32,121 bases of DNA, taken from Candidatus Iainarchaeum sp. Lineage in GTDB: Archaea; Iainarchaeota; Iainarchaeia; Iainarchaeales; JAAZKV01. The position numbers were made by a program, and so were the translations under genes. Every line of letters starts with the position of its first letter. Position 1 is the first letter of the stretch. This document shows positions 15,018-25,500 of the stretch, in pieces. The stretch is from assembly GCA_018651445.1 (NCBI GenBank), contig JABIDZ010000089.1:1-32121 (forward strand), read 5' to 3'. The notes under the pieces were generated by a model that made no database searches, was not told where the DNA came from, and saw only the letters and a program-made list of their open reading frames with translations.

Positions 15018-17477
15018 TTGGGTGTAGAAGTGTTTTCGAAAAAATTGTTAATTCTAGTTTTATTCTTACTTTGTTTCTCTATTTCGGTAACAGCGATTTC
15101 GCAAACAGAAAGCGTAAAGATTTTTGCAGTTACAGAAAACAATGAAGGGATGTCGGCAGACTTACATTTACATGTTATTCCTGGAAATGGAGAAGTAGCT
15201 TTTATAACTTCAAATTCCTTAGTTGGAAAAGACACTCAAACAACTGGAAACATTGCGATAAACGTAGCTGAAAAACAATCTACAATTAGTGCACAACAAA
15301 ACAACTTTGTTTTTGATATTATAGCTAACGCAATAGAAGTTGATGGGCCTAGCGCAGGAGCCGCGATGACGCTAGTTGCTTACTCTGTTTTAGCTGAGCG
15401 ACCATTACCCCAAGACATCGCAGTTACCGGAACAATTAATTCGGACGGATCAATAGGGGTTGTTTCGGGGATTTATGCAAAAGCAAAAGTTGCTTCTCAA
15501 ATAGGAATTAATTTATTTATGATCCCAAAAGGAGAAGCAAATCACGTAATAAAAGAGAATGGAAAAACAACATCAATTAATTTATTATCTTACGCTATGG
15601 AAGAATGGGGAATGAAAGTTGTTGAAGTAACTGCGATCGAAGACGTGTTAGAATATGCTTACTCGGATATCGATTCGATTGAGGTTGATACAACATCGTC
15701 TTTCATTGGATTTATTCCTAGTGCAATAAAATCGGATATGGGTCTTGAACCAATGCGAAAGATCTCACAAGGATATATTGATAGAGCCGAAGCACTTGTT
15801 GAAGAAACAAAAAAGGAACTCGAGGTTACTGAGCTAGAAGAAAGTTTGAGAAGTTCTTTTTATCCACAACTTGGCGTAGCAAAAAGAGATATTGAAATGT
15901 CTCAAATCTTTTTAGATCAAAATTATCTTTATTCTGCCGCAAACTCGTCATTTAATGCGCGAGTATCTGTTGGAACAATAAAAACAATTGTTAAGAATCC
16001 AACAATTCTTTCAAAAGACTCGGTTGTTTTAAATTCAGAAATTTCTTCTATGCGAAAAGAATTGGATTCTTTGAAAAACGATTTAGATTATATTCCATTA
16101 GATAAATTTGAATGGATTATTGGTGCACAACAAAGAGTTGCATACGCAGAAAATGCTTTGAATAAAATAAATGAAACAATAAGTGGTTCTTTTGAAGGTG
16201 AAGATGAAGAACAAATAGTTATGTTCGGAGTAATATTTGATTTAATTGCTGCTCAAGCGTGGATAGAAGTTTCAAGAGACCTACTTGAAGAAGCTAATTC
16301 GAGTAATGTGAAAAAAGTTCCTTTTTATGAAAAAGAATTTATTCTAAAGACTAAATCAAAGTTAATTTCAGTAAATATTTTTGCAAACGACATTAATATG
16401 CCTGAAGGAAAACTAGCAGAAGTTAATAGAAGATTAGAAGCTGCACGAATCTCATTTGACAATAATTTTTATTTTGCAACGCTATATGATATTGCAATCG
16501 CAGAATCACTTTCAAAAGCATTTGTTACAAAAGAGAAATCTGATTTTAGTGATTTGAATGGGTTATATGTTTTAGTTGATGAACAACAAACGGTAAGTCG
16601 AACAATTTCTTCGTTTTGGGGAAATCTTTTCCGCGATCACTCACAATTCTTTTTAGAAAATGCAAGGTACCAAAAAGAAATTAGTAGAACGTCTTCAGAA
16701 GAAGCTAATTTGAATAACGCGTATGACTGGGTAATTGTTGCACAAGGACTTGATGAAACAAAAGAAAATATTGGAGTTTACTTGGGTGAAAATACGTTTG
16801 ATGATTACGTTGGAATAAATGCGTCAATAGATATTAAATATACTAGAACAGACGTGTTTACTCCGGTTCTAATCCCTGCATTAATTGTGTTAGTACTTTT
16901 GTTAATTATGATAGTTGTATTTAGTGTTCGTCGTTCACCTGGAAAAGTTGATGCTGCGAGAGCAGAAAAATTAGATTCTATGCTTAACCGACTAGACAAA
17001 GCATTAGCAAAGGGGAAGGTGTCAGAGCCAGAGTATTTCTTTTTGAAGAAGAAGTATGATGATGAATTTAGTTATGTGAATAACATGCGGTCTAAACGGT
17101 CAAAGATTGCTTTGAATTTGGATGAATCAAGAGCTAAGTTAAGTGCGCTTGAACAAGGTGCAAAAGATCTAAAGAAACATTATCATTCTGGGTTGATTAT
17201 TCCAGAAGATTATGAAAGACATTTAAGCGAAGTTAATTCTGAGATAGCTGAGATAAAAGAAGATATTGACTCGTTTGAAGATGAACTGCGCGAGTCTAGA
17301 CGTGGAAAAAATAGGCGGACAATAAGTGCTGACAAAGTATTTTTACAAAAAGAAAAACAAAACCCTTTTAGCGTTAAAGGAACGGATACAAAAGAAAATG
17401 CGTTTAGCGTTAAAGGAACAAATGAAAAAACAAAGCCTCGTCGAAAGAAAATTCTTACTCGTAAAAAGAAAAAGTAA
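15018..17477 (+). CDS. Membrane-anchored Lon-type (peptidase S16) serine protease lacking an AAA+ module, with SHOCT-like cytoplasmic tail
   Basis: Signal/anchor KKLLILVLFLLCFSISV. Lon proteolytic-domain motifs VDGPSAGAAMTLVAY (Ser112) and GTINSDGSIGVVSGIYAKAKVA (Lys155). Second TM near aa 612-636 followed by RRSPGK. LAKGKVSEPEYFFLKKKY and SGLIIPEDYERHL resemble SHOCT motifs. An alternative GTG start exists at 15030. Confidence 0.75.
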   Translation: MGVEVFSKKLLILVLFLLCFSISVTAISQTESVKIFAVTENNEGMSADLHLHVIPGNGEVAFITSNSLVGKDTQTTGNIAINVAEKQSTISAQQNNFVFDIIANAIEVDGPSAGAAMTLVAYSVLAERPLPQDIAVTGTINSDGSIGVVSGIYAKAKVASQIGINLFMIPKGEANHVIKENGKTTSINLLSYAMEEWGMKVVEVTAIEDVLEYAYSDIDSIEVDTTSSFIGFIPSAIKSDMGLEPMRKISQGYIDRAEALVEETKKELEVTELEESLRSSFYPQLGVAKRDIEMSQIFLDQNYLYSAANSSFNARVSVGTIKTIVKNPTILSKDSVVLNSEISSMRKELDSLKNDLDYIPLDKFEWIIGAQQRVAYAENALNKINETISGSFEGEDEEQIVMFGVIFDLIAAQAWIEVSRDLLEEANSSNVKKVPFYEKEFILKTKSKLISVNIFANDINMPEGKLAEVNRRLEAARISFDNNFYFATLYDIAIAESLSKAFVTKEKSDFSDLNGLYVLVDEQQTVSRTISSFWGNLFRDHSQFFLENARYQKEISRTSSEEANLNNAYDWVIVAQGLDETKENIGVYLGENTFDDYVGINASIDIKYTRTDVFTPVLIPALIVLVLLLIMIVVFSVRRSPGKVDAARAEKLDSMLNRLDKALAKGKVSEPEYFFLKKKYDDEFSYVNNMRSKRSKIALNLDESRAKLSALEQGAKDLKKHYHSGLIIPEDYERHLSEVNSEIAEIKEDIDSFEDELRESRRGKNRRTISADKVFLQKEKQNPFSVKGTDTKENAFSVKGTNEKTKPRRKKILTRKKKK

Positions 17478-17492
17478 TCTTTTTTTTATTTT

Positions 17493-20462
17493 TTAACTAG
17501 CAATTCGTGTGCCTTTTAGTTTCAAACCGATTACTGAACTATTGTCTTTGTTTAATGCTACTCCAACAATTTGTCTAGCTTTCTTTGTTATTGTGTCGTT
17601 GTGAGTAATTGCAATAAACTGACTTTTCTCAGCAATCTTGTCTATTAAGCTACCCATTTTCATAGAGTTTTCTTTGTCAAGAGCAGCATCTGCTTCATCA
17701 AAAGCATAGAATGGTGCTGGAGAATAAAGTTGGATAGCAAACATGAATGCTAATGCAGTTAATGTTTTTTCTCCACCACTCATTGAATCAATATTTTGTA
17801 GTTTTCCACCTTTTGGTTTTGCATCAATCAACAAACCACTTTCTAATGGGCTGTCCGGATTAGTTAGGTCTAGTAATGCTTCTCCGTTAAAGAATTTTGC
17901 AAACATGTCTTTGAAGTTATGATTAACTTCGTTGAAACAATCCATAAAAACATTAGTTCGTTTAACATCAATCTTGTCGATCATATCAAGGACAGATAAG
18001 CGTTCTTCTTCTAACGTGCTTGCTTTTGTTTGTATCTCATCAACTTCTTTTTTTAGTTCGGTAAAATTGTCCATTGCTTTTAGATTAACTGCGCCGATTT
18101 CTTCAAGGCGTTTACTAACAACAACAAGTCGTTGTTTTAGTTCGTCTACGGTTTTTTCGCCAATTTTTGTAGCTCCTTCAAATTCGCTTTGTTCTTCTAT
18201 AAGATCGGCTTCTCTTACTTCTAGTTTGCTCTTCTCAATATTGAATTCGTTTACTCGTGAATCCATTCGTTTTGCTTTTCCACTTTCAGTATAAATCTCT
18301 TTCTCTACTTTTTCGATTCTTGCGTCTAGTTTTTCTTTTTCTGCGAGGAGTTTAGAATTCTCTTTTTTAGCACCTTCAAGTTCTTTTTCTTGTGTTGATA
18401 CTTCTTCTTCAATTTGTGCTAAAATGGGTCTTTTTTCTTCAATTTCTCTCAAATAAGTGTCAATTTCTTCGCCAAGCGCAGTGTTTTCTTTTGTCAATGC
18501 GTCTTCTGTGCTCTTCATTTTGCTAAGAGCCAATCTATTCTCGTTTAGTTGCGCTTCCATTACAGACTTGTTATGTATAAGCTCGTCTCGTTTTGCATTC
18601 ACCATTGAGAGCTCTTCGAAAACATTTTCTTTTCGCAGTGCGTTTAAACTTTCTTTTATTGTTTCTCGCTTCTCAACAAGAGTTTTTACTTTCGCATCGA
18701 GAGTGTTTTTCTTATTTAATTGTGCTTCAAATTGCTTTTCATCTAGTTCAAGCTTAACTGATTTTACTTTTGATTCTACTCGTTCTAATCGCTCGTTGAG
18801 AACGTTTTTTCCTTCTATTTCAACCATTAAACGAGCAACTAATCTAAGATTGTCTTTTATCACGCCAAGATCTGCTTTAATCGTTGCTTCTTTTTCTTTG
18901 CTTGCGACAAGTTCTTTTTCTGTTGTAACGATAAGTGCTTCTTTTTCGCCTAAGATTTTCTTCTTTTTTTCTGCTTCTAAATTAGAATCACAAACAGGGC
19001 ATTTCGAAATCTCTTTTGTAAGTTCGCTAACGGCTTTTCTTTCTTGTTTGATAACTGCGTTATAATTACTTGATATAGAATTATTTTTTTCTAGTTCATC
19101 TTCTTTTTGTGCTAGTTCTCCTTCTAGTTTTTCGAATCCGCCAAGACTTGTGATCTCATTGTTTTTTGAATCAATTTCAACAAGACGTGCATTAAGTTCT
19201 TTTTCTTCTTCTTCCAGTTCAAGGAGTTTTTTTGTGTTAAAACTTTTTTGTTTTTCCCATTGTTTAATAAAAACTTCTAAATCAAAGTTTTCTTTTCTAA
19301 TTAAATCAATTGCTTTGTTCTTTTCATCAAGCTCCGTTTCTACAACAATAATTTCTTTGTTCTTTGTCTTTGCAACGTCGTCTAAACCACTTTTTTTAGT
19401 AGTAATTTCTTTTAACTGGTCATCTAAACCATTTTTTTCTGTGTTTAATTCTTTTATTTTTTCAGCGATATCATTGATTGCTTGTTTTGATTCGCTCGCA
19501 TTCTTGTTATTATCTTCAATTCGCTTTTTGTTTCGTTTGATGCTAGCTTGTTTTATATCAATTCTTTCTTTTTCAATATTTAATTGTGATTTCTTTTCTT
19601 CAAACTCTTTTCCAACCGTATTGTAGATTTCTGCCGAACCCTTTATTGCTTTACTACTTAATGCATTAGCATCTTGCTTAGCTTTTGAAACTTCTTCATT
19701 TAATTCTTTGATACTTGCTTGTATTTCTTCTTTATTTTTTTCTAGTTCTTTTAATTCTTTATCAATTTCAACAGTTCTTTTTTCGATTTGGTATAATTCT
19801 TTTGAAATAATTGTGGCTTTAATGTCTTTTTTTTCTGTTGATAATCCGCTGAATTCTTGTGCAGCATTCATTTCTTTTTCTAGTTCTTCAAGAAAAGTAT
19901 TTCTTTCGTTTAGGATAATTGTTGCTTCTTTTATTCGAGAATCAACTTTATTTAATTCTTTTACTGCCTCGTCTTTCTTTTGATCAAATTCACTTAAACC
20001 AGCTATGCTATCGATTATCTGTCTTCTCTCTGTCCCTGACATATTAACTACTTTTGTAATATCTCCTTGTGTAACGATGTTGTGCCCCGTAATATCGATT
20101 CCAAATTCTACTAGTAGTGAGTTAACTTCATTTAGAGTCGTTCGTTTTCCATCTAAACGATAAATACTTTTTCCTTGTTTGTCAATCATTCGACTAACTT
20201 CGTAAGTCTTTCCGCCATTTTTTATTGTCAAATCAACTTTAGCATAATTTTCTTTTGCGTTGTTGTATACCAGATCAGTTAGTTTTCCTGCTCTTAGAGT
20301 TTTTAGCGAAGTTATTCCTAATACGAATAACAATGCGTCAAGAACATTACTTTTTCCACTACCATTTGATCCAACAATTGCTGTGAAACCATTGCTTAAT
20401 GGGATCTCAGCTTTCTTAAAAGACTTGAAATTTTTTAATGTCAATTTAACCAGTTTAGTCAT
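17493..20462 (-). CDS. SMC-family ATPase with central CxxC hook-like motif and no recognisable hinge domain
   Basis: Walker A GSNGSGKSNVLDALLFVLG. SMC-style LRAGKLTDLVY and QGDITKVVNMSGTERRQIIDSIAGLSEF. Signature MSGGEKTLTALAFMFAIQ. Walker B/D-loop PAPFYAFDEADAALD. Long K/E-rich coiled-coil-like middle with KCPVCDS at Cys488/Cys491 of 989 (nt 18990..19001). Confidence 0.85.
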   Translation of the reverse strand: MTKLVKLTLKNFKSFKKAEIPLSNGFTAIVGSNGSGKSNVLDALLFVLGITSLKTLRAGKLTDLVYNNAKENYAKVDLTIKNGGKTYEVSRMIDKQGKSIYRLDGKRTTLNEVNSLLVEFGIDITGHNIVTQGDITKVVNMSGTERRQIIDSIAGLSEFDQKKDEAVKELNKVDSRIKEATIILNERNTFLEELEKEMNAAQEFSGLSTEKKDIKATIISKELYQIEKRTVEIDKELKELEKNKEEIQASIKELNEEVSKAKQDANALSSKAIKGSAEIYNTVGKEFEEKKSQLNIEKERIDIKQASIKRNKKRIEDNNKNASESKQAINDIAEKIKELNTEKNGLDDQLKEITTKKSGLDDVAKTKNKEIIVVETELDEKNKAIDLIRKENFDLEVFIKQWEKQKSFNTKKLLELEEEEKELNARLVEIDSKNNEITSLGGFEKLEGELAQKEDELEKNNSISSNYNAVIKQERKAVSELTKEISKCPVCDSNLEAEKKKKILGEKEALIVTTEKELVASKEKEATIKADLGVIKDNLRLVARLMVEIEGKNVLNERLERVESKVKSVKLELDEKQFEAQLNKKNTLDAKVKTLVEKRETIKESLNALRKENVFEELSMVNAKRDELIHNKSVMEAQLNENRLALSKMKSTEDALTKENTALGEEIDTYLREIEEKRPILAQIEEEVSTQEKELEGAKKENSKLLAEKEKLDARIEKVEKEIYTESGKAKRMDSRVNEFNIEKSKLEVREADLIEEQSEFEGATKIGEKTVDELKQRLVVVSKRLEEIGAVNLKAMDNFTELKKEVDEIQTKASTLEEERLSVLDMIDKIDVKRTNVFMDCFNEVNHNFKDMFAKFFNGEALLDLTNPDSPLESGLLIDAKPKGGKLQNIDSMSGGEKTLTALAFMFAIQLYSPAPFYAFDEADAALDKENSMKMGSLIDKIAEKSQFIAITHNDTITKKARQIVGVALNKDNSSVIGLKLKGTRIAS

Positions 20463-20472
20463 TTTACCAATC

Positions 20473-21258
20473 CTAACTAAAGTAATAATATGAAATTGCT
20501 AAAATGAAAAAGGTAATTGCAATTGCCGTTCCTATAATACTTGATATGAAATCAAAATCTCCAATTGCTAGACCAATAAAAGAAAATATTTGTAGAATGA
20601 TATAAACAATGATTAGATTTATTATTATGAAAACAAAGCTTTGCCAAAAGTTGGTGTTTGTGAACTCCCAGCTTTTTTGAACAGCGTGTCTCACATCATC
20701 TGCAACTAATGCTGGAAGGATAAAAGAAAGTTTTGTCAAGAAAAGTATGATTAATATTAACGCTACGATTGGATACAAAATTAATCCTACAAAATCTCCG
20801 ATAAGACTTGTGCCCAAAATCAATAATAATTGTTCAAAAATCCAGGTTATTGCGAAAAGAGCGATAATTGCTAAAAAACCTGCAACGATTACAAAAATTG
20901 TTAAACCAATACTTTTTTTTGCTTCGATTACAGACTCATTAATTGCTTCAATAACGCTCTTGCCAGAAGCAAATTTTGTAATTGAAATGAATACGACTAC
21001 TGAAACAAAAATCATTATTACTCCACTAATAAGCATTGTAGTAAGTTCAAGCGGGTACCTAGTAAGCATCATTTGTAATAAATTTGTAGCTGAAAATGCA
21101 TTTGGATACAAAAACATATCTGCTATTGGTCGCTGCAGAACCCAGTTAGATAATAGTTCTGCAAGCAATACGAATACGCCCATTACGATCATGGGTAATA
21201 ATATAGTCGGCTTAAAAATGATATTTTTTACTGCTTTTTCGATAGATCCCAAAAACAC
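20473..21258 (-). CDS. Polytopic membrane protein (about 6-7 TM helices), unknown function
   Basis: Hydrophobic helices throughout. Its stop lies 10 nt upstream of the SMC-like ATG on the same strand, so it is probably co-transcribed. Confidence 0.6.
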   Translation of the reverse strand: MFLGSIEKAVKNIIFKPTILLPMIVMGVFVLLAELLSNWVLQRPIADMFLYPNAFSATNLLQMMLTRYPLELTTMLISGVIMIFVSVVVFISITKFASGKSVIEAINESVIEAKKSIGLTIFVIVAGFLAIIALFAITWIFEQLLLILGTSLIGDFVGLILYPIVALILIILFLTKLSFILPALVADDVRHAVQKSWEFTNTNFWQSFVFIIINLIIVYIILQIFSFIGLAIGDFDFISSIIGTAIAITFFILAISYYYFS

Positions 21259-21384
21259 CTTTTCTCACCGTTAATATAAAGTAATACTGCTTTAAATTAC
21301 TTTCTTCCGCCTGTTTCGTCAGGCAAGAACGATTCACACAAAGCATTACTTGTAGTAATGCAAAGTGGTTTTTGCCTCTCAAAG

Positions 21385-21400
21385 AAGCTTTTAAAAGCTT
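21385..21400. promoter_or_regulatory. Perfect 16-bp palindromic TATA-like element AAGCTTTTAAAAGCTT in a divergent promoter region
   Basis: ~35-40 nt upstream of the L44e ATG (with SD ggtgag in between). It also faces the divergent membrane-protein/SMC-like unit. Same AAGCTT...AAGCTT frame as the element at 2164..2179. Confidence 0.45.
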
Positions 21401-21434
21401 TGCATGCACTTTTTCTGTATAACTGGTGAGTTAA

Positions 21435-21713
21435 ATGAAGTTTCCAAAAGAAAAGAAAATGTATTGTAAGAAATGTCATAAACATACTAAGCACAAGCTA
21501 AAAGAGTTCAAAGCCGGTAAAGGTAGAACGCTAGCTCAAGGTAATGTTCGCCACGAAAAGAACACTAACCACGGATATGGTGGAAGATACAAATACATTG
21601 CTACTGTTAAAAAGCAAAACAAAACACCAGTTTTTGTTGCAGAATGTGTTGATTGTAACGCAAAACAACCATATACTCTAGAAAAGAGAATGAAAAAAGT
21701 AACTCAAGAATAA
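21435..21713 (+). CDS. rpl44e: 50S ribosomal protein L44e (eL42)
   Basis: MKFPKEKKMYCKKCHKHTKHKL...GKGRTLAQGNVRHEKNTNHGYGG...ECVDCNAK is the C4 zinc ribbon and the typical L44e sequence. Confidence 0.9.
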   Translation: MKFPKEKKMYCKKCHKHTKHKLKEFKAGKGRTLAQGNVRHEKNTNHGYGGRYKYIATVKKQNKTPVFVAECVDCNAKQPYTLEKRMKKVTQE

Positions 21714-21768
21714 TTGAAATATTAATTAAACTAATTTCTTTTTAATTTCTTTTAATCCTTCTTTTAGT

Positions 21769-22554
21769 ATGACTTTTAATAATTCAATTCTATTGATACT
21801 AAAACAATACAAGAGTATCGAATTTAACGAATTATTATCTAAGATTTCTTCGCGTTATACAAATTCTTCTTCTGCTTACTCTGCTTTGAGTAGAGCGCTA
21901 AAAAACTTGGATTCGCTAGGACAAGTAAAAAGAAAAGATAGCCGAATTTTTATTACAGATAAGGGTTTAGCATCGATCCATGTTGAAATGAAAGAAAAAC
22001 TCGTGTTAAAGTTAAACGAGGCTTTCAAAAAGCCACTTGTTAATTTAGAAGAAATTGTTCAATTATTAATCGTGTTATCTGAGAGAGCATCTGAAAGTAA
22101 TGATTTATTACAAGGTGCAAAAGAATATGCGGAGTTTACTATCGAAGATATTAGTGAATTACAAGACGCGATTACTGAACAACAAGAGTTTATTGAAAAG
22201 ATGCGTTCGCTTCTAGGTGTACAAGAAGAAAGATTTCGAGAACTAGATTTCAATGATTGTCTTGCAATAGTTTTTGATAAAAAGTTTGTAGAAAAAGCTA
22301 GTTCATTTGTAAACGAAAAGATAATTGTTAAAACAAATGACAAAGACTTGTTAGAAAAGATCCCTGAAGTTTGGCAAAAAGATGCAAGTATTATTGTTGA
22401 CAAAGAGTTTTCAAAAAACATATTTGATATTTTACTTGACAACTCGCTAAGCGAGTTTACTATTTATTTAGAAAATATAAAATGTGTAGCTTCAAAAGGA
22501 ATGATTACTTGTTATTCTTCACACAAACTATTAAATGAATTTAATAAAAAGTAA
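21769..22554 (+). CDS. Hypothetical protein with N-terminal winged-helix-like region and central coiled coil
   Basis: N-terminal ILLILKQYKSIEFNELLSKI...SALSRALKNLDSLGQVKRKD looks wHTH-like. The remainder is unassigned. It is convergent with the HerA-like gene. Confidence 0.5.
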   Translation: MTFNNSILLILKQYKSIEFNELLSKISSRYTNSSSAYSALSRALKNLDSLGQVKRKDSRIFITDKGLASIHVEMKEKLVLKLNEAFKKPLVNLEEIVQLLIVLSERASESNDLLQGAKEYAEFTIEDISELQDAITEQQEFIEKMRSLLGVQEERFRELDFNDCLAIVFDKKFVEKASSFVNEKIIVKTNDKDLLEKIPEVWQKDASIIVDKEFSKNIFDILLDNSLSEFTIYLENIKCVASKGMITCYSSHKLLNEFNKK

Positions 22555-22564
22555 TGATCGAAAG

Positions 22565-25500
22565 TTACTTTATTTGTCTTCCGTTGATCGCATCGATTCG
22601 AACAACACGTTCTTCACCAGTTTTCTTCTTTAATACGCCTTCCCAAACGGGTAAGAACAAATGTGTAACTTCTTTTACGCTAATATTTTTCCAAACTTTC
22701 TTTATCAAATCAACCGCTTCTTTTTCTTCTATGTTTGGACGTAATAGCGGAACACTTTCTACTTCGATGATTGGTCTTTTTCCGATACTAGGCATTATTG
22801 CGTGTAATGGGCTAGGTGGTAAATCAATTTTTTCTTTTAGATTGTAAACCATTCGATCTTTTTGTTTTTCTACTTTAACCATGTCTTTTTCAGCTAGTTT
22901 TTCAAGAACTCTTTTTACATTTCCTGGTTCCATACCCATGTTCTCTGACAAACTATGAATATCGTGTTTGCTTTCAAGTAGTTTTACAGCAAGTATTTCA
23001 GCTTCGTTTAAATGTAGTAATTGTGGTAACCCAACACTTTCTACTAAGCTACCTTTGTTGTCGTGTATGAATTCTCCGGTTTGAGAATTGATATATGCTT
23101 CTCCAACTTGGAACGCATCTTTTTGAGAAAAATAATTGTATCTGATTTTGTATAACGTTGCGTACTTCATTCCTAGTCTGTCAACAATTTCTTCTTCACC
23201 AAATAATCCTAGTGCTTTCTTTAATCTTAATTTAGCTAATAACAATCTAGCTTGTGCTTCTACAACAGTTGGTTGCAACGCAGTTAACTCTACACTTGCT
23301 TCGTATTCTTCGTCGTCATTATCTTCATCTTCGTCGTCATCTGTTTCTTCTTCATCATCTTCGCTATCGTTTTCGTCGTCATCTTCTTCATCGCGGTCTT
23401 CAGAATCTTCTTCACTTTCTTCGTTTTCCTCGCCATCTTCGCTTTCAGCATCCTCTTCTTCGTTTTCAGCAGTTTCTTCAGCTTCCATTTCTGCTAGCAC
23501 GCCTTTGGCATATAATCGTTCTTCATCAAATTCAACGCCTTGTTCTTCGAGTAATTCTTGTACGGTTTCAAAAGCAATTTTCTTTTTGTAAGTACTTTCA
23601 AGTGTTTCAATTATTTGTTCGAGTGTTTCAATCTTAATACTAGGATCTTTTTCTAATTTTTTTAGAGTAATTCTCATTGCAAGTAATTCTACTTGTTCTT
23701 GACCCATATCGTGTTTAACTTCGATTGTTTCTGCGTCACGACCTTCGTGTTGACTCATTCTTGGTCGAATATTCATTACAAATGCTCTTGCAGTAGTTTC
23801 TTGTCGATCGCCTGTTAGCGCTGTTCCTACTGGAAGTGTTTTAATAAAATTTGGTTTCTTGTATGGTGCAGGAATGATTGTCGGAGTTCTTTTTTGAATT
23901 GCTTTTACGTCGTCATCAAAAACTAGTTTATGTGCCATTATGACATCTAATTGGCTTAGCACTTTTGAATCAATTGCACTTGGTTGTTGTGTAGCGAATA
24001 CTAGACTTAATCCTGGACGTCTACCTTGTTTTACATACTCAACAATCGCTTTGCTCGCAGGAGTCTTAGAATTTCCACCAGGAATTAATGTGTGTGCTTC
24101 ATCAATAAACAACCATGTTGGAGGAACATTTATTTCTACTAAATCTTCTACTCCATTATCTTCAAATTTTCCTGCAGCTTCACGTCTTGTACTAAGTTTT
24201 CTTGCAGAAAGTAGTCTTCTTGAAATTATTCCTATTACTAATGCACTTACGGTGTCATCTAAAAAACTTGTATCAAGAATAGTCATTTGGCCTGCTCGCG
24301 AAATCATGCTTAATGGAGTTCCTGCTTCGTCAAAAATTCCCCAGCTCTTTGCTGCATCAAATCTACTTGTAATTGCTCTAATTGACTCTGGTTTGTAACC
24401 TTTTTCTCGATCGTTTAACTCTGAATCAAATTCTAGACAATTAACTAGATCATCAATTGAATAAGTTTGTTCTTTTCCACGTACTTGTTTTGGATTATCT
24501 CCTTTTGTAGTGTATCCTTTTTTTATTTTTTCAAGAACTTTGTCAAGTAACAAACCGGTTGGAGAAAATCGATCCATTCCAAATGTTAGCGCCCAGTCTT
24601 CTGCTGTTAACAAAGATGGTTGTATTGAGAAAGTTGAGTTGTAAGTGCTTTTTGGAACGCTGTCTTTCATTCCTACTGGGATGAGTACTTTTAGGTTGTC
24701 AAGACCTTGTGGCATTATTTCCCATTCAGCTAATAACTCTAATTCTTTTTCATCTCGATTAGGATGTTTCATACTCCAGAATACTCCAATCGGATCAACA
24801 ACAACAATTCCTACGTTTTTGTTTTTTAGAGCTAGTTCTTCTGCTAGTACTCCTAGAACATATGATTTTCCGCTTCCTCTGGCTCCGCAAACGAATACAA
24901 CGTGGGGGTTAAGTCCATCCAAGTATATTGGTGTTTTGCTTAGTTCTTCTTCTCCAACGCGTCCTATGTGTAACCCGCCTTGGTCACCATATTTTTTTAG
25001 AACACTTTTCTTTCTTCCGATATATGCGTTCCCGGTTACTTCGTTCATTAAGAAATTTATTTTTGGTTTGATTTTAGTTTTAACGTTAGCATTCTCTGCT
25101 TTTAGCGCGTCAAGCTCTGCTTTTTCACCAATTACTTCAGCTTCTTTTTCAAAACCCCATTCAGCGCTAGCCCCTTCTTCTTTTGTTCCGTGTTCTTTTA
25201 ACAAGTAATCAGCTAAATCGTCTTTTTTAGTAGCTTTGTTTGCTTTATTTTTGATTACATTTTTTATAATATTTTTTTCTAGCGGAGTAGCCTTTGTTTT
25301 CTTTTTTGGTTTAATTATTTCTTCTTCGTCAATTTCTACTTTTAAATTTAATTTTCCAGTTACTTCTTTTACTTTTGCAGCAGATCCGGCAGTGATTCCT
25401 GCTTCAATGCTTTTTGCAAGACCCTCTTTTACTATTTGGTTGTAATTAGACTTTGATTTCTTGGGGTTAATTTTCTTTTCTAATTCTCTCGCTTTCTTTT

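Noticed and set aside
17493-20462. Calling the hook-containing ATPase Rad50
   Set aside because: The CxxC midpoint motif is Rad50-like. However, both head halves carry SMC-type motifs (LRAGKLTDLVY; DSIAGLSEF; PAPFYAFDEADAALD), and there is no adjacent mre11. I kept it as an atypical SMC-family protein pending phylogeny.
21259-21434. Two 65-aa minus-strand ORFs (21212..21409, 21297..21494) and a gcattact/agtaatgc hairpin in the divergent promoter region
   Set aside because: The ORFs overlap the starts of the flanking real genes and lack signals. The hairpin alone is insufficient to call an RNA gene.
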